DNA from: a virus
Lineage: Duplodnaviria > Caudoviricetes
Strand: one strand, 5' to 3'
DNA length: 64,000 nt
IMG/VR virus record: IMGVR_UViG_3300026493_000002
Shown: in pieces, positions 25,718-34,821 of the stretch
Numbering within the stretch: position 1 is the stretch's first letter
How the letters are laid out: each line of letters opens with the position of its first letter
The notes under the pieces: generated by a model
Databases searched by the model: none
What the model saw: only the letters and a program-made list of their open reading frames with translations
Told to the model about the DNA's origin: nothing
Translations under genes and position numbers: made by a program

Positions 25718-26284
25718 ATGGCGCGGAAGACCAAGATGCGAATGTCGGATGTTGTGCTGGTGTACGCTGACGCCAGCTACTGTTCAAGCACGGCTGCATG
25801 GGGATACGGCTACTGCATTTTGGTTGGTGAGCCGGTGATGCGAAAGACCTATTCGGGAGGCAGCATCTACTGTGTGTCTTCCCAGCAGGCTGAAATGATG
25901 GCGGTACGTGAAGCCTTGGATTTCTTGCGCGTGCATATGACGCCGATGATCCGAGGCAGACAAATCGAGGTCCGCAGTGATTGCCTTGGAGCCATCGCTG
26001 CAATCCGTAAAGAGGCGCAAGAGTTCATCGACCTGACGGGCGTGTCGGGCGTTGCACTGCACCACGTGCGCTCACACTCCGGACGACGGGACGCTCATTC
26101 CCAACTGAATTACCTGTGCCACTGTCTCGCAAAGCAGGCAATGGCCAAGTACCGCGCTCGCGTGTCCAAGCACCGTGCGCGTAAACGAGGACGACACCGT
26201 GGCAAAGAAGCTCCTGAGCATCACCGTGCGAGGAAAGCACAAGAAGTGGTGCTTCACTCTCTTGGAAGATCCGAAGTATCTTGA
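25718..26284 (+). CDS. RNase H-like protein
   Basis: YADAS, QAEMMAVREAL, RSDC, HVRSHSG, NYLCHCLAK (last Asp replaced by His). Confidence 0.8.
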   Translation: MARKTKMRMSDVVLVYADASYCSSTAAWGYGYCILVGEPVMRKTYSGGSIYCVSSQQAEMMAVREALDFLRVHMTPMIRGRQIEVRSDCLGAIAAIRKEAQEFIDLTGVSGVALHHVRSHSGRRDAHSQLNYLCHCLAKQAMAKYRARVSKHRARKRGRHRGKEAPEHHRARKAQEVVLHSLGRSEVS

Positions 26285-26456
26285 AGAGTGGCGTGAAGAC
26301 GGACTGGAGATTGACGAGATTTGCAACTCCATCCCGAAGTGGGTTGTTGACGTCGGCTTGATGCAACCGTACATCATCCTGCAGGACATTTTCAATTTCA
26401 AGTTTGGCGAAGCCTGGGATGGCATCAAGCACCTCTTCGCCAAGAACAAGGAGTGA
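26199..26456 (+). CDS. hypothetical protein
   Basis: GTG with GAGG RBS, overlaps RNase H tail. Confidence 0.65.
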   Translation: MAKKLLSITVRGKHKKWCFTLLEDPKYLEEWREDGLEIDEICNSIPKWVVDVGLMQPYIILQDIFNFKFGEAWDGIKHLFAKNKE

Positions 26457-26460
26457 CACC

Positions 26461-27108
26461 ATGAAGTACGCAGTGATGATTGCAGGCCCGACGTCTGCCT
26501 ATGGCTCGCTCGGCCGATACCTTTCGTTCTCGACCTTCTCACAGGTTGTCGGCCAGAAGGAGCGACCGCGTGCTGACCGCGACAACAACATCTACCATCA
26601 GCACGCCGTGCTGCTGTACGATGGGATGACGCTGGAGACTCTCTTCCGCGAGATTGCTTTCGGCATCGCCGCGCCCAAATCCCAGGAAGCTCGTTCCGCA
26701 GTATCGTGGGATGCGAACGGCGGGCTGGTGGTTGCTGCTGTGATGCGCGAGCCTCCGATGGCAGCCGTCGAGTACGCCTCACTCGGCGAGCATCATGGTT
26801 ACGAGTGCATCCTGATCCACAAGCCCTTTGTGAAGGAGAGTGACCGTCCTGATTCTGTCGTCTCTGTGCGTAGGGTGCCTGTCTATGGCGAACGTAGTAT
26901 CTCCCGTGCGTTCAATCATCTGCGCCGTATGATCGCCGGTGAGAGTCATCCCTCTGGCCCCATCCACGTTGAGGACGAGAAGGACCGTTGGTTGAAGCTC
27001 GACCTGCTGGACGTGTTCTACCACGCAGGCTTGGCTCACAACAAGGCTGTCCTGACCGAAGCCGTCGAGGTTGACCCTCTGCTGGATGAAGACGACGGCG
27101 AAGAGTAA
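26461..27108 (+). CDS. hypothetical protein
   Basis: ATG 26461 with GGAG RBS. Confidence 0.75.
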   Translation: MKYAVMIAGPTSAYGSLGRYLSFSTFSQVVGQKERPRADRDNNIYHQHAVLLYDGMTLETLFREIAFGIAAPKSQEARSAVSWDANGGLVVAAVMREPPMAAVEYASLGEHHGYECILIHKPFVKESDRPDSVVSVRRVPVYGERSISRAFNHLRRMIAGESHPSGPIHVEDEKDRWLKLDLLDVFYHAGLAHNKAVLTEAVEVDPLLDEDDGEE

Positions 27109-27150
27109 GCCGAGTCCTTGAAGTCCACAATCGAGTCTACAGAGAACCCC

Positions 27151-27855
27151 ATGAATATCAGCAGCGACAAAGTCCTCATCCGCTCCCATTTCACCGCGCC
27201 GCCGAAAGCTATCCTGTGGAACGATGGCAGCTTCCCGACGTCCTCCCTCAATCTTCCCGATGGCGTCTACCTTCCGAGTCACGAAGACCTCGAACGCGCG
27301 CTGTATCGCCGAGAGAATCGTGTCGGTACGGACAACGACATTCCCCATTGGTCCACCTGCGCAAAGATCGAAACGGCACGAGGCACAGCCGTCGTGTTTC
27401 CCGGCGATTGGCTGGTTTCAGACTTGACGCGCACTCTCGACGTGCCGTACAGGTGGACGGTGATGACGCCGATGCAGTACATGCGTTATCAGGAGACAGT
27501 CTTCTTGATGGAGGACCTGCTACAGGCTTCGGTCAGCGAAATACCAGACCTGATCGAACGTCTGGCGGTTCTCACCGACCTGTCTTCTGACTACGAGCCG
27601 ACCAAGTGTTCTGGCTCTTGCGAAGGCGTGATGTTCCCGATCGAGGCCAGTACCTACATCCGTTGCGAAGCTGGCACTCTGGAGATAACGGGTATTCCTC
27701 GCGCTCGCTGCTGCCTCTGCCGTACTCCGGTCACTCTCAGCTATCAGCAGCGTGCTGGACAGCGCATCGTTGAGAAGTTCAAACAAGAGAACCTGGACGA
27801 CGGCAGGCTGATCGTGCGACCCACTTCGGTTGTGCGGAGGGAGTATGAAACCTAA
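27151..27855 (+). CDS. hypothetical protein with PGDW motif and C-terminal MqsA/YgiT-type Zn finger
   Basis: TARGTAVVFPGDWLV; CSGSCEGVM...EITGIPRARCCLC. Confidence 0.6.
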   Translation: MNISSDKVLIRSHFTAPPKAILWNDGSFPTSSLNLPDGVYLPSHEDLERALYRRENRVGTDNDIPHWSTCAKIETARGTAVVFPGDWLVSDLTRTLDVPYRWTVMTPMQYMRYQETVFLMEDLLQASVSEIPDLIERLAVLTDLSSDYEPTKCSGSCEGVMFPIEASTYIRCEAGTLEITGIPRARCCLCRTPVTLSYQQRAGQRIVEKFKQENLDDGRLIVRPTSVVRREYET

Positions 27856-27874
27856 TCGCCGCGTCGATCACGGG

Positions 27875-27997
27875 ATGCAAAACACGATTAACGCTGCTGC
27901 CCGTCTCGGCTTGGCCCTTGCCGCGTGGTCGTATCCAAGTCTCGGTCGTCGCAAGCAGAAGTCGAAGTACACCCGTAAGAAGGGAAAGCGTAAGTGA
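27875..27997 (+). CDS. small basic peptide (40 aa, not in ORF track)
   Basis: MQNTINAAARLGLALAAWSYPSLGRRKQKSKYTRKKGKRK fills intergenic gap. Confidence 0.45.
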   Translation: MQNTINAAARLGLALAAWSYPSLGRRKQKSKYTRKKGKRK

Positions 27998-28012
27998 CCT
28001 AGGCTGCCCAAT

Positions 28013-28019
28013 CTGTAAA
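28013..28019 (+). promoter_or_regulatory. CTGTAAA motif
   Basis: intergenic. Confidence 0.5.
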
Positions 28020-28053
28020 CAGACCTACAGAGACAGGCACAGCCTGAATAGAA

Positions 28054-28554
28054 ATGGAGAGAGGTATGCAGTCTTACCGCGTGACGGCCAGTGATTACAA
28101 CATCCGCGAAATGGCGCAGCGGTTTGAGTCTTACGCGCACGCCAAAGTTTTCAGTCCGAGCTTCAAGGATGCCTTGCACCTTACGCCGAGTCGGGATCCA
28201 GGCTATCTGGAAATCATCGTCACCGGCATTGACTGCGACTCCGTAGTCATTCGCGCAGACAGCATCGCTTTCGAGTGCGATTCGATTTACGCGAAGGTCG
28301 GCGACTACGAATTCGAGGAGTATCACTACCCGTTGACCACCGAGGGCGGCTGGTGTCGCGTCGCCTACGAACAGTGGGAACTCGCCGGCCGTAAGGGCCC
28401 GATCAAGAGCCGGCTGATGGCCGAGAAGTGGTTCGACGATTCCATCGACTTGATTGAGGAACGTGCGCTGTGGGTTCGCAACTCGGTGCAGGCCTTCGCC
28501 TTCAACGCCGAGCGCGAAGTCCACTTCATCGTACAGGAAATGTTCAAGGACTAG
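28054..28554 (+). CDS. hypothetical protein
   Basis: packed ORF. Confidence 0.75.
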   Translation: MERGMQSYRVTASDYNIREMAQRFESYAHAKVFSPSFKDALHLTPSRDPGYLEIIVTGIDCDSVVIRADSIAFECDSIYAKVGDYEFEEYHYPLTTEGGWCRVAYEQWELAGRKGPIKSRLMAEKWFDDSIDLIEERALWVRNSVQAFAFNAEREVHFIVQEMFKD

Positions 28555-28557
28555 ACC

Positions 28558-29130
28558 GTGCCGTACCACAAACCACAATTCGTTCGTGACATTGACGGGA
28601 ACAAGCTCGACCTTGCACGGTGCGACTGGACGACCAACGTCTACGCACCGGAAGCAGTTGAGATACTCTGGCCTATCACCGTAGTGCAGGAGTTCCTTTG
28701 CGCATGTGGTGAGATTCGCTACGCATCGGAGTCGATTGGCGAACCCTGCGAGAGCCCAGCCTTCGATAGCCTCGACTATCACTGCCCGAAGTGCCGCACG
28801 TACTACAAGAAACTCTGGCGTGTGCCGCAGCGAGACAGACTGCGCATCGGTTTCATCCCTTGGCTTTCCGAAGCGGACTACCGTCGCATGTATATGCCCG
28901 GCGAGGCCCCGTCCTACAAGAAGGTCAAGGGAGGCAAGATCAAGGCGACCATCGAGTCGCGCAAGCCCGATAGCAAGCTGTTCTCCGAGTGGTCCATCGC
29001 CGATGAAGCTATCGGCGCGAGCCTGCCCGATGTTGAACGTCACGTTGAGGCCTTCCTTGCGTGGAACGGACACTACGAAACCTATTACAACCTCACGGGC
29101 TGGGAAGTCCGTGTCCTTTGGAAAAAGTGA
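28558..29130 (+). CDS. hypothetical protein with Zn-ribbon
   Basis: CACG...CPKC. Confidence 0.75.
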   Translation: MPYHKPQFVRDIDGNKLDLARCDWTTNVYAPEAVEILWPITVVQEFLCACGEIRYASESIGEPCESPAFDSLDYHCPKCRTYYKKLWRVPQRDRLRIGFIPWLSEADYRRMYMPGEAPSYKKVKGGKIKATIESRKPDSKLFSEWSIADEAIGASLPDVERHVEAFLAWNGHYETYYNLTGWEVRVLWKK

Positions 29131-29138
29131 GAGCCCAT

Positions 29139-29954
29139 ATGAACCACCCGAACAATCCGCATGGCAATCGTTTCGTGCGCAAGACCAACAAGGTCACGAC
29201 CACCAAACAGATCCTGGCCCAGATCGACCGCGCCCTGCCGCGTGACTACTACGAAGGTCGCAAGACGCGCACGACGCAGTACAAGCTTGGCGTCGGCTCC
29301 ATCTGGGAATGCCGTCTGTTCCACATCAAGGACGTGTTCGACAGCCAGGTACGTCAGCGCGTCGAAGGTACGCCGTACGATGCACACGTCCACGTGAATC
29401 GTCTCGACAACGCCTTCAAGAGCCTGCGCCATCAGCTGCTGGACGTGATTTCCGATCACGGTGTGTACGACCTGGATTCCAACCTGGTCCAAGTCACGAT
29501 CACCAGCGGCAAGTTCGGCGAAGTTCTCTCCGTCACGATCCAGGTGCATCTGGACTCGGCGGGCAATGCCGTGGTTCCGTCCCCGAGCGACTACACCCCG
29601 CCGGTGTTTGCCGAGAAGGCCAAGACCGACACCGATCCGCTGCTGGACGATGACGAGCATGATGGCCCTGCGTTCCTCGTGACGCCCAAGGAAATCACCT
29701 CGCTGGAAGGGCTGACGGCCAAGCAGCGTCTGCTCAAGCTGCGCGTCGGCCATATCGTGTCGTACCGCACCAACGGCCTAAATGGTCCGAAGCGCATCGG
29801 CTTTGTGCGTGAAGTCAACGGCGTCAAGGGTCCGATCAACTTGCCTCAGCAGGCTGTGCAGATCCTGGACAAGAACCGTCGTCGCACGTGGGTGAGCGCG
29901 CTCGCAGTCGTCTGCATCTACGGTGACCTGACGAAGGCACTGGCCAAGTTCTAA
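29139..29954 (+). CDS. hypothetical protein with C-terminal SH3/KOW-like domain
   Basis: LRVGHIVSYR...IGFVREV. Confidence 0.7.
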   Translation: MNHPNNPHGNRFVRKTNKVTTTKQILAQIDRALPRDYYEGRKTRTTQYKLGVGSIWECRLFHIKDVFDSQVRQRVEGTPYDAHVHVNRLDNAFKSLRHQLLDVISDHGVYDLDSNLVQVTITSGKFGEVLSVTIQVHLDSAGNAVVPSPSDYTPPVFAEKAKTDTDPLLDDDEHDGPAFLVTPKEITSLEGLTAKQRLLKLRVGHIVSYRTNGLNGPKRIGFVREVNGVKGPINLPQQAVQILDKNRRRTWVSALAVVCIYGDLTKALAKF

Positions 29955-29964
29955 GGAGTAGTAC

Positions 29965-30294
29965 ATGGGACGCATCGACCTTGTCGAGATTCGCCGTAGA
30001 CAGGCTGCACGCGAGAAACAGAAGAGACGCGAAGTGTTCGTTCGCACCCGATTGAAGAACTGGCGCTGGTACGTGTGGCTGCCGGTCGGAATCCCGTTCG
30101 GCCTATTCGTCATTCTCTTCTCCTACTCGGTTGAGGGCCTGAACGCGGTGTCGCGCTTCTTCTCCAATCTGGAGAATCGCTTTGACAGGTCGATCCGTCC
30201 ATACACCGGCCTCGTTCTCAAATGGCTCAACGCGCCGTACGAGAAGAAGAAGCCGAACACAGTCACCGACGACGAGGAGGAAGACGATGAATGA
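29965..30294 (+). CDS. single-pass membrane protein
   Basis: hydrophobic WYVWLPVGIPFGLFVILF; AAGGAG RBS. Confidence 0.75.
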   Translation: MGRIDLVEIRRRQAAREKQKRREVFVRTRLKNWRWYVWLPVGIPFGLFVILFSYSVEGLNAVSRFFSNLENRFDRSIRPYTGLVLKWLNAPYEKKKPNTVTDDEEEDDE

Positions 30295-30538
30295 TCGGGC
30301 ACCCAGCTATCCGGAACATGACCGCACGTCGTGCAACGAATCGAACCCCAACATCAATGCAACGGCTGATGGCAGCACCGGTTGCGCGCGCTGCACTGCG
30401 CTCCTGCTGGAACGTGAGACGATGACTGCCGAATTCCTGGCAGCCTACGCAAAGGGCACGCGCAAGGGTCGTGACGCTTCGCCTCTCCAGAAGACGGAGC
30501 TCATTACCAGCCTGCTCGAACTTTACGGGCTGCGCTGA
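30287..30538 (+). CDS. hypothetical protein
   Basis: overlapping start, GGAGG RBS. Confidence 0.6.
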   Translation: MNDRAPSYPEHDRTSCNESNPNINATADGSTGCARCTALLLERETMTAEFLAAYAKGTRKGRDASPLQKTELITSLLELYGLR

Positions 30539-30951
30539 TGACCGGTAGCCTTCACTCCGCATGGATGGTAGTGCTGCATGTTCCTGGCAAACCTGACGTG
30601 CCGCACGTACTCATGCTAGGCAACAAGAGTCCGCAGCTGTCTGCCCAGATCCGCAGCATCCAATACTTCAAGCGGCGGGAGGCTGATCGGGTGGGCCTCA
30701 CGTCCCGTTTCAGCCTCGGGCTTGGCGAGTATATGCGCCTGTCAAAGCTGATCCGGTACTGCTCGGTAACCCCTATTAGCACCCAAAACGGCCAGTGCGA
30801 AAGGCTCCCTTTTGACAGCTTGGCGTGTGTAGAGCGTGAACACGGTCCAATCGACACCTGGGCGCAATGTGAGAGCATTTGGGAGCTATACCGCGCCATC
30901 GGCTATAACCGCAAAAGAAAGCGGTATGATGAACCGGAGACAGTCGAATGA
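30538..30951 (+). CDS. hypothetical protein
   Basis: TGATG coupling. Confidence 0.6.
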   Translation: MTGSLHSAWMVVLHVPGKPDVPHVLMLGNKSPQLSAQIRSIQYFKRREADRVGLTSRFSLGLGEYMRLSKLIRYCSVTPISTQNGQCERLPFDSLACVEREHGPIDTWAQCESIWELYRAIGYNRKRKRYDEPETVE

Positions 30952-31169
30952 AGCTCTATGCGTTTTACCCGGACAGCTACTACCCGACCAGCGCCGTGGT
31001 GCTAGCTGAGGACCGCGAAACCGCGAAGCAGTTGATCCGTGCTGAGGTGTTGAAGGAGTACGCGTATCTCGAGGACGGCAATGGCGTTTTTCCGTCAATA
31101 GACGAAATGCTCGAACACTACACCAAGACCGCGCCGCCCGGAACCGTCATCACGATGCCGCAGTCGTGA
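30948..31169 (+). CDS. hypothetical protein
   Basis: ATGA overlap. Confidence 0.7.
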   Translation: MKLYAFYPDSYYPTSAVVLAEDRETAKQLIRAEVLKEYAYLEDGNGVFPSIDEMLEHYTKTAPPGTVITMPQS

Positions 31170-31522
31170 AGGACCTTGTGATCTTCGCCGTAACGGGCGG
31201 TCGCGACTACATCGACAAGCAGAAGGTATGGGACAAGCTGGACAAGTTCTGGCTCAAGTACCGATTCAACTACCTGCTGCACGGCGGCGCATCAGGTGTT
31301 GACAGCTTCGCCGATGCTTGGTGCGATACCAAACCGGGCGTGCAGTCGCTGTGCGCTCGGGCACACTGGAACCGCGATCAAAAGGCAGCTGGTCCGATCC
31401 GCAACGGTATGATGGGTCGCCTGATGCCGCTGCGTCTCGTGGCATTCCCCGGCGGTACAGGCACCGCTCACATGCGCCGAACGGCAGAACGCCTCGGCAT
31501 CAAGATCATCAACGTCAAGTAG
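31166..31522 (+). CDS. SLOG family protein (DUF2493/YspA-related)
   Basis: VTGGRDY, LLHGGASGVD, AAGPIRNGMM, AFPGGTGT. Confidence 0.85.
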   Translation: MKDLVIFAVTGGRDYIDKQKVWDKLDKFWLKYRFNYLLHGGASGVDSFADAWCDTKPGVQSLCARAHWNRDQKAAGPIRNGMMGRLMPLRLVAFPGGTGTAHMRRTAERLGIKIINVK

Positions 31523-31530
31523 AGGCACCA

Positions 31531-31824
31531 ATGCGTCGTCAGAAGGGATTCACTCTCACTCAGGTTTCCGTCGTCATCCTGTTGCTGGCCATCTTCCTCA
31601 CGCTCACTTCGGATATCATCCCGCTGCGTATGCGTGAGGAGCGTGCGATCAAGGCTGTGCAGTCGGCTGGCATGACGAACGTCCAGCTTGGCGGCGTTGC
31701 CTTCTTGGGTTGCAAGGGCGAGAAGTTCCGTCGCAAGTTCGTCGCCGTCAATGCGCAGAATCAGACCGTGACTGGCGTAGTCTGCGGCGGCTGGTTCAGC
31801 GACGACACCATTCGATACCACTGA
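31531..31824 (+). CDS. small membrane protein with prepilin-type N-terminus
   Basis: MRRQKG/FTLTQVSVVILLLAIF; two C-terminal Cys. Confidence 0.7.
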   Translation: MRRQKGFTLTQVSVVILLLAIFLTLTSDIIPLRMREERAIKAVQSAGMTNVQLGGVAFLGCKGEKFRRKFVAVNAQNQTVTGVVCGGWFSDDTIRYH

Positions 31825-31831
31825 GGTCACC

Positions 31832-32491
31832 ATGCTGCTGATTCGACCCGAAACCGAACGTCACCGTGGCATTCTGGAACTCCAGAGAGGCGATGACTTC
31901 TCGCACAAGCAATACGTCAAGCGCATCCTCGATCCGGTCACGGGCTTCCGCGCTTTCAACGCCTACCTCGACTTCAACCAGGAGGGTCCGAACTGGATCA
32001 CCTTCTCCTGCGAGCATTACGATCACGGCGCACGCGAGGAACTGGAGCTCACTCGCAAGGTGATGCAGACCAAGACCGGCGACAAGGGCGACTGCGCACG
32101 TGCCGCGATTGCGACCTATCTCGGCCTGCCCCTCAGTGCCGTGCCCGACTTCATCGAGACGTCCGACGGTATCGCACGCAACTTCTGGATGGACATTGAG
32201 GAGTTCTTCGAGGACAGAGGCTTCTCATTCGTGGAGACCAGGCTGGTGCGTGAGTTCGCGGGCGAGGAACGACGCACGGCACCCGCAGGCCTGTGGCTGG
32301 CGTCGGGCACCACCGTGAGGTCCGAGAGCAACAACAAGACCCACATGGTCGTGATGAAGGGCTTCGACCTCTACCACGATCCGCACCCGAGCAACGCCGG
32401 TCTGTTGAAGATCAATCACGGCTGGATAGCCCAGCTGAGTAGCGTCATCGACGTTGCCTCGTTCGGTCGCCAAGTGACCATAGTACCGTGA
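31832..32491 (+). CDS. putative papain-fold (C39-like) protein
   Basis: GDCARAAIA...HMVV...HDPHP Cys-His-Asp order. Confidence 0.5.
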   Translation: MLLIRPETERHRGILELQRGDDFSHKQYVKRILDPVTGFRAFNAYLDFNQEGPNWITFSCEHYDHGAREELELTRKVMQTKTGDKGDCARAAIATYLGLPLSAVPDFIETSDGIARNFWMDIEEFFEDRGFSFVETRLVREFAGEERRTAPAGLWLASGTTVRSESNNKTHMVVMKGFDLYHDPHPSNAGLLKINHGWIAQLSSVIDVASFGRQVTIVP

Positions 32492-32594
32492 CCACTGAGC
32501 GGCATCCGGCAGAGACGCTGGGTGCCGCTCTGTCGTTTCCGGCATCTGTCAAACCCGAGTGACAGCCCACGTGAGGCACGCTCAGACGTAGCCC

Positions 32595-32666
32595 TTGACA
32601 CGTCTAACAGCGTGTGTTATACTGTAAGTGAGCAGCGACTAGACGCCACGACGATTCGGGTTTGAC
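32595..32666 (+). promoter_or_regulatory. early sigma70 promoter cassette 1
   Basis: TTGACA(32595)-17 bp-TATACT(32618); ATTCGGGTTTG at 32654. Confidence 0.85.
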
Positions 32667-32718
32667 AGATGCCGCTCAGTGACACTCACACAAAAACGAC
32701 AACACAGAGAGCTACGCA

Positions 32719-33237
32719 ATGGCTAAGAAGACGAACACCCCGGCAGCACAGCAGATTCAGGGCACGCGCGTTGTGATTCCGAAGGAGGCCTATCAGGGCC
32801 TGCCCGCAGTGCGCTTCCCCAACGACGGCGGTTACTCCACGGTAGTAGGCGTAGGCAAGACGGGCGAGTATTGCAGCTGGAAGAAGGCACGCGATGCGAC
32901 GAAGCACCGCAGCGGGTTTACTGTCATCGGCAACGCGCTGGTCGTCGGCAGCTACGAGGCATCGGGTCAGTCGATTGCCAAGTTCCTGGCGTCGCACGGT
33001 CTGACCGCGAAGGCGGACGCCGGCAGCCTCTCGGGTTTGCCCATCCCGGCAACGGGCAACACGCGCCGCTGGGCCACGCAGGCTGAGACTGACGCCTACG
33101 TCAAGGCCGAGTGCGAAATGCGCCGCAAGATGCTGGGCAAGGCAGTCGCCTACGCGAACGCACAGCGGCGCAAGGCAGAGAAGATGCTGGTCGAGGCGCA
33201 GCGCACGCTCGACGCCTGGTCCAATCTGGACTGCTGA
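32719..33237 (+). CDS. hypothetical early protein
   Basis: first gene after promoter cassette 1. Confidence 0.8.
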   Translation: MAKKTNTPAAQQIQGTRVVIPKEAYQGLPAVRFPNDGGYSTVVGVGKTGEYCSWKKARDATKHRSGFTVIGNALVVGSYEASGQSIAKFLASHGLTAKADAGSLSGLPIPATGNTRRWATQAETDAYVKAECEMRRKMLGKAVAYANAQRRKAEKMLVEAQRTLDAWSNLDC

Positions 33238-33245
33238 TCGCATCA

Positions 33246-33274
33246 CGGTGGAGGGGCCTCGCGCTCCTCCATCG
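33246..33274 (+). other. 12-bp GC-rich hairpin without U-tract
   Basis: CGGTGGAGGGGC/GCTCCTCCATCG (two GU pairs), followed directly by GTCAAACCCGAAT. Confidence 0.6.
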
Positions 33275-33326
33275 GTCAAACCCGAATACCACATCCCATA
33301 TCAGACTACATATCAAGGACACCACA

Positions 33327-34022
33327 ATGGCTACCACCAAGACCGCTGCCTCCGTCAAGACCGCCGCTGCCAAGAAGCTCGCTACTGCCACCAAGACTGC
33401 CGGGTTCAACGCCGTCGGTGAGTCAAACCCGAGCGCCGAGCGCCGCATGACGGCAGCCGACCGCAAGGCGCGCATCCAGCGCATGGCCAAGCTCATGTTC
33501 AACAGCGAACTGCGCATCCTGATCGACGAGGTGGACACCAGAAAGCACTCGCATGGCGGCCGCGCCCTCTGGCGCTTGGCCCAGACCGGCGAGGTGTTCA
33601 CGGTGCACACGTCCCACGACGGCGTCGAGACCGGCCTGGAGATTTCGGCGTACCTCGCGAACGAACTGTACGACTCGGGTTTGGTCATCCGCCGGGCCAT
33701 CAACGGTGCCGACCAGCTGCTGCACGCATGGGAGGACACCGCCGGCTTCAACAACCCGAGCCGCAACTACGGCCTGCCGGGCGCCATGAAGGTGTCGGAC
33801 CTCAAGCCGGGCGCCATGCTGACCGTCCGCTTCCTCGACACCGAAGAAGACGAACCCGCAATTCTGATCAGCCGCGACAGCATCGACCGCAAGAACAAGT
33901 CCGGCTACGAGTACAGCGCCAAGGTGCTGTCGCGCGATGCCGACGGTGACTGGACCGCACGCAGCATTGGCTGGCACCAGATCATGATGCACAACGGCAT
34001 GGTCAAGACCTTCCGCGACTGA
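33327..34022 (+). CDS. hypothetical protein with C-terminal SH3/KOW-like domain
   Basis: ATG 33327 with AAGGA RBS; LKPGAMLTVRF. Confidence 0.75.
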   Translation: MATTKTAASVKTAAAKKLATATKTAGFNAVGESNPSAERRMTAADRKARIQRMAKLMFNSELRILIDEVDTRKHSHGGRALWRLAQTGEVFTVHTSHDGVETGLEISAYLANELYDSGLVIRRAINGADQLLHAWEDTAGFNNPSRNYGLPGAMKVSDLKPGAMLTVRFLDTEEDEPAILISRDSIDRKNKSGYEYSAKVLSRDADGDWTARSIGWHQIMMHNGMVKTFRD

Positions 34023-34043
34023 CCGCTGGCGAGTGACACAAAC

Positions 34044-34075
34044 GAGGGGCGTCGGGCATTGGCTCGCCGCCCCTC
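34044..34075 (+). other. 13-bp interrupted GC-rich hairpin without U-tract
   Basis: GAGGGGCG/CGCCCCTC plus CGGGC/GCTCG; CAAACCCGAAT at 34082. Confidence 0.6.
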
Positions 34076-34090
34076 TTGGCGCAAACCCGA

Positions 34091-34786
34091 ATGGACACAC
34101 CGATGACGACCGCAACCCCGACCGCACCGAGCAAACCCGAACTGAGCCGCGCCACCGACGGCCTGCCGATCTACACCGCTGCCACGCAGATCGAACGCGA
34201 GCATGGCCCCGACTTCGCCATCCAGATGCCGGCACCCTTCGGGTATGCAACCCTCCTGGTTGCGTGCAGTGACGTTACCCCGCTTCGCGTCTGGAAGCTG
34301 CACGCCGACTACGTGCGTCAGGGACCGATCCACGTCGGCTACATCCCGTACGCCAAGTGTCGTCCCCACATCGACAACGAGTTCAGCCCTGGCTGCCTCA
34401 TGCGCTCGCACAACCCCGGGTGCGAGTTTGACGACCGGGACGCATACGCTTACAACGAACCCGAGGCGCTCTTCCTGTTGAGCCGCGTACATCCGCGCTA
34501 CGGCATGAACCCGGACCGCATGGGTCTGCCGCTGCCCGAAGGCGTCACACCCGAACACCTGACGGTAGGCACGCGCGTGCTGCTCCGCTTCACCGACCGC
34601 CGCGACCGTGAGGGCATCATCACTCGGGTTGCTCCTCCGGGAAACATCGGCGACGCGGCTCTGCCGATGCGCGCCATGGTCGACAACTCCTCTGACGAGG
34701 ACGCGTACCCCGTGTTCAGCGAAGTCACTGCCGACTACCGACAGGTCGTCAAGGTCCTCGGCAAAATCAAGCTCCCGATTCTCTAA
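34091..34786 (+). CDS. hypothetical protein with C-terminal SH3/KOW-like domain
   Basis: LTVGTRVLLRF...EGIITRV; exact start uncertain. Confidence 0.75.
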   Translation: MDTPMTTATPTAPSKPELSRATDGLPIYTAATQIEREHGPDFAIQMPAPFGYATLLVACSDVTPLRVWKLHADYVRQGPIHVGYIPYAKCRPHIDNEFSPGCLMRSHNPGCEFDDRDAYAYNEPEALFLLSRVHPRYGMNPDRMGLPLPEGVTPEHLTVGTRVLLRFTDRRDREGIITRVAPPGNIGDAALPMRAMVDNSSDEDAYPVFSEVTADYRQVVKVLGKIKLPIL

Positions 34787-34821
34787 TCCGCTGTCCAAAC
34801 TACAACAAGGCATAGACCACA

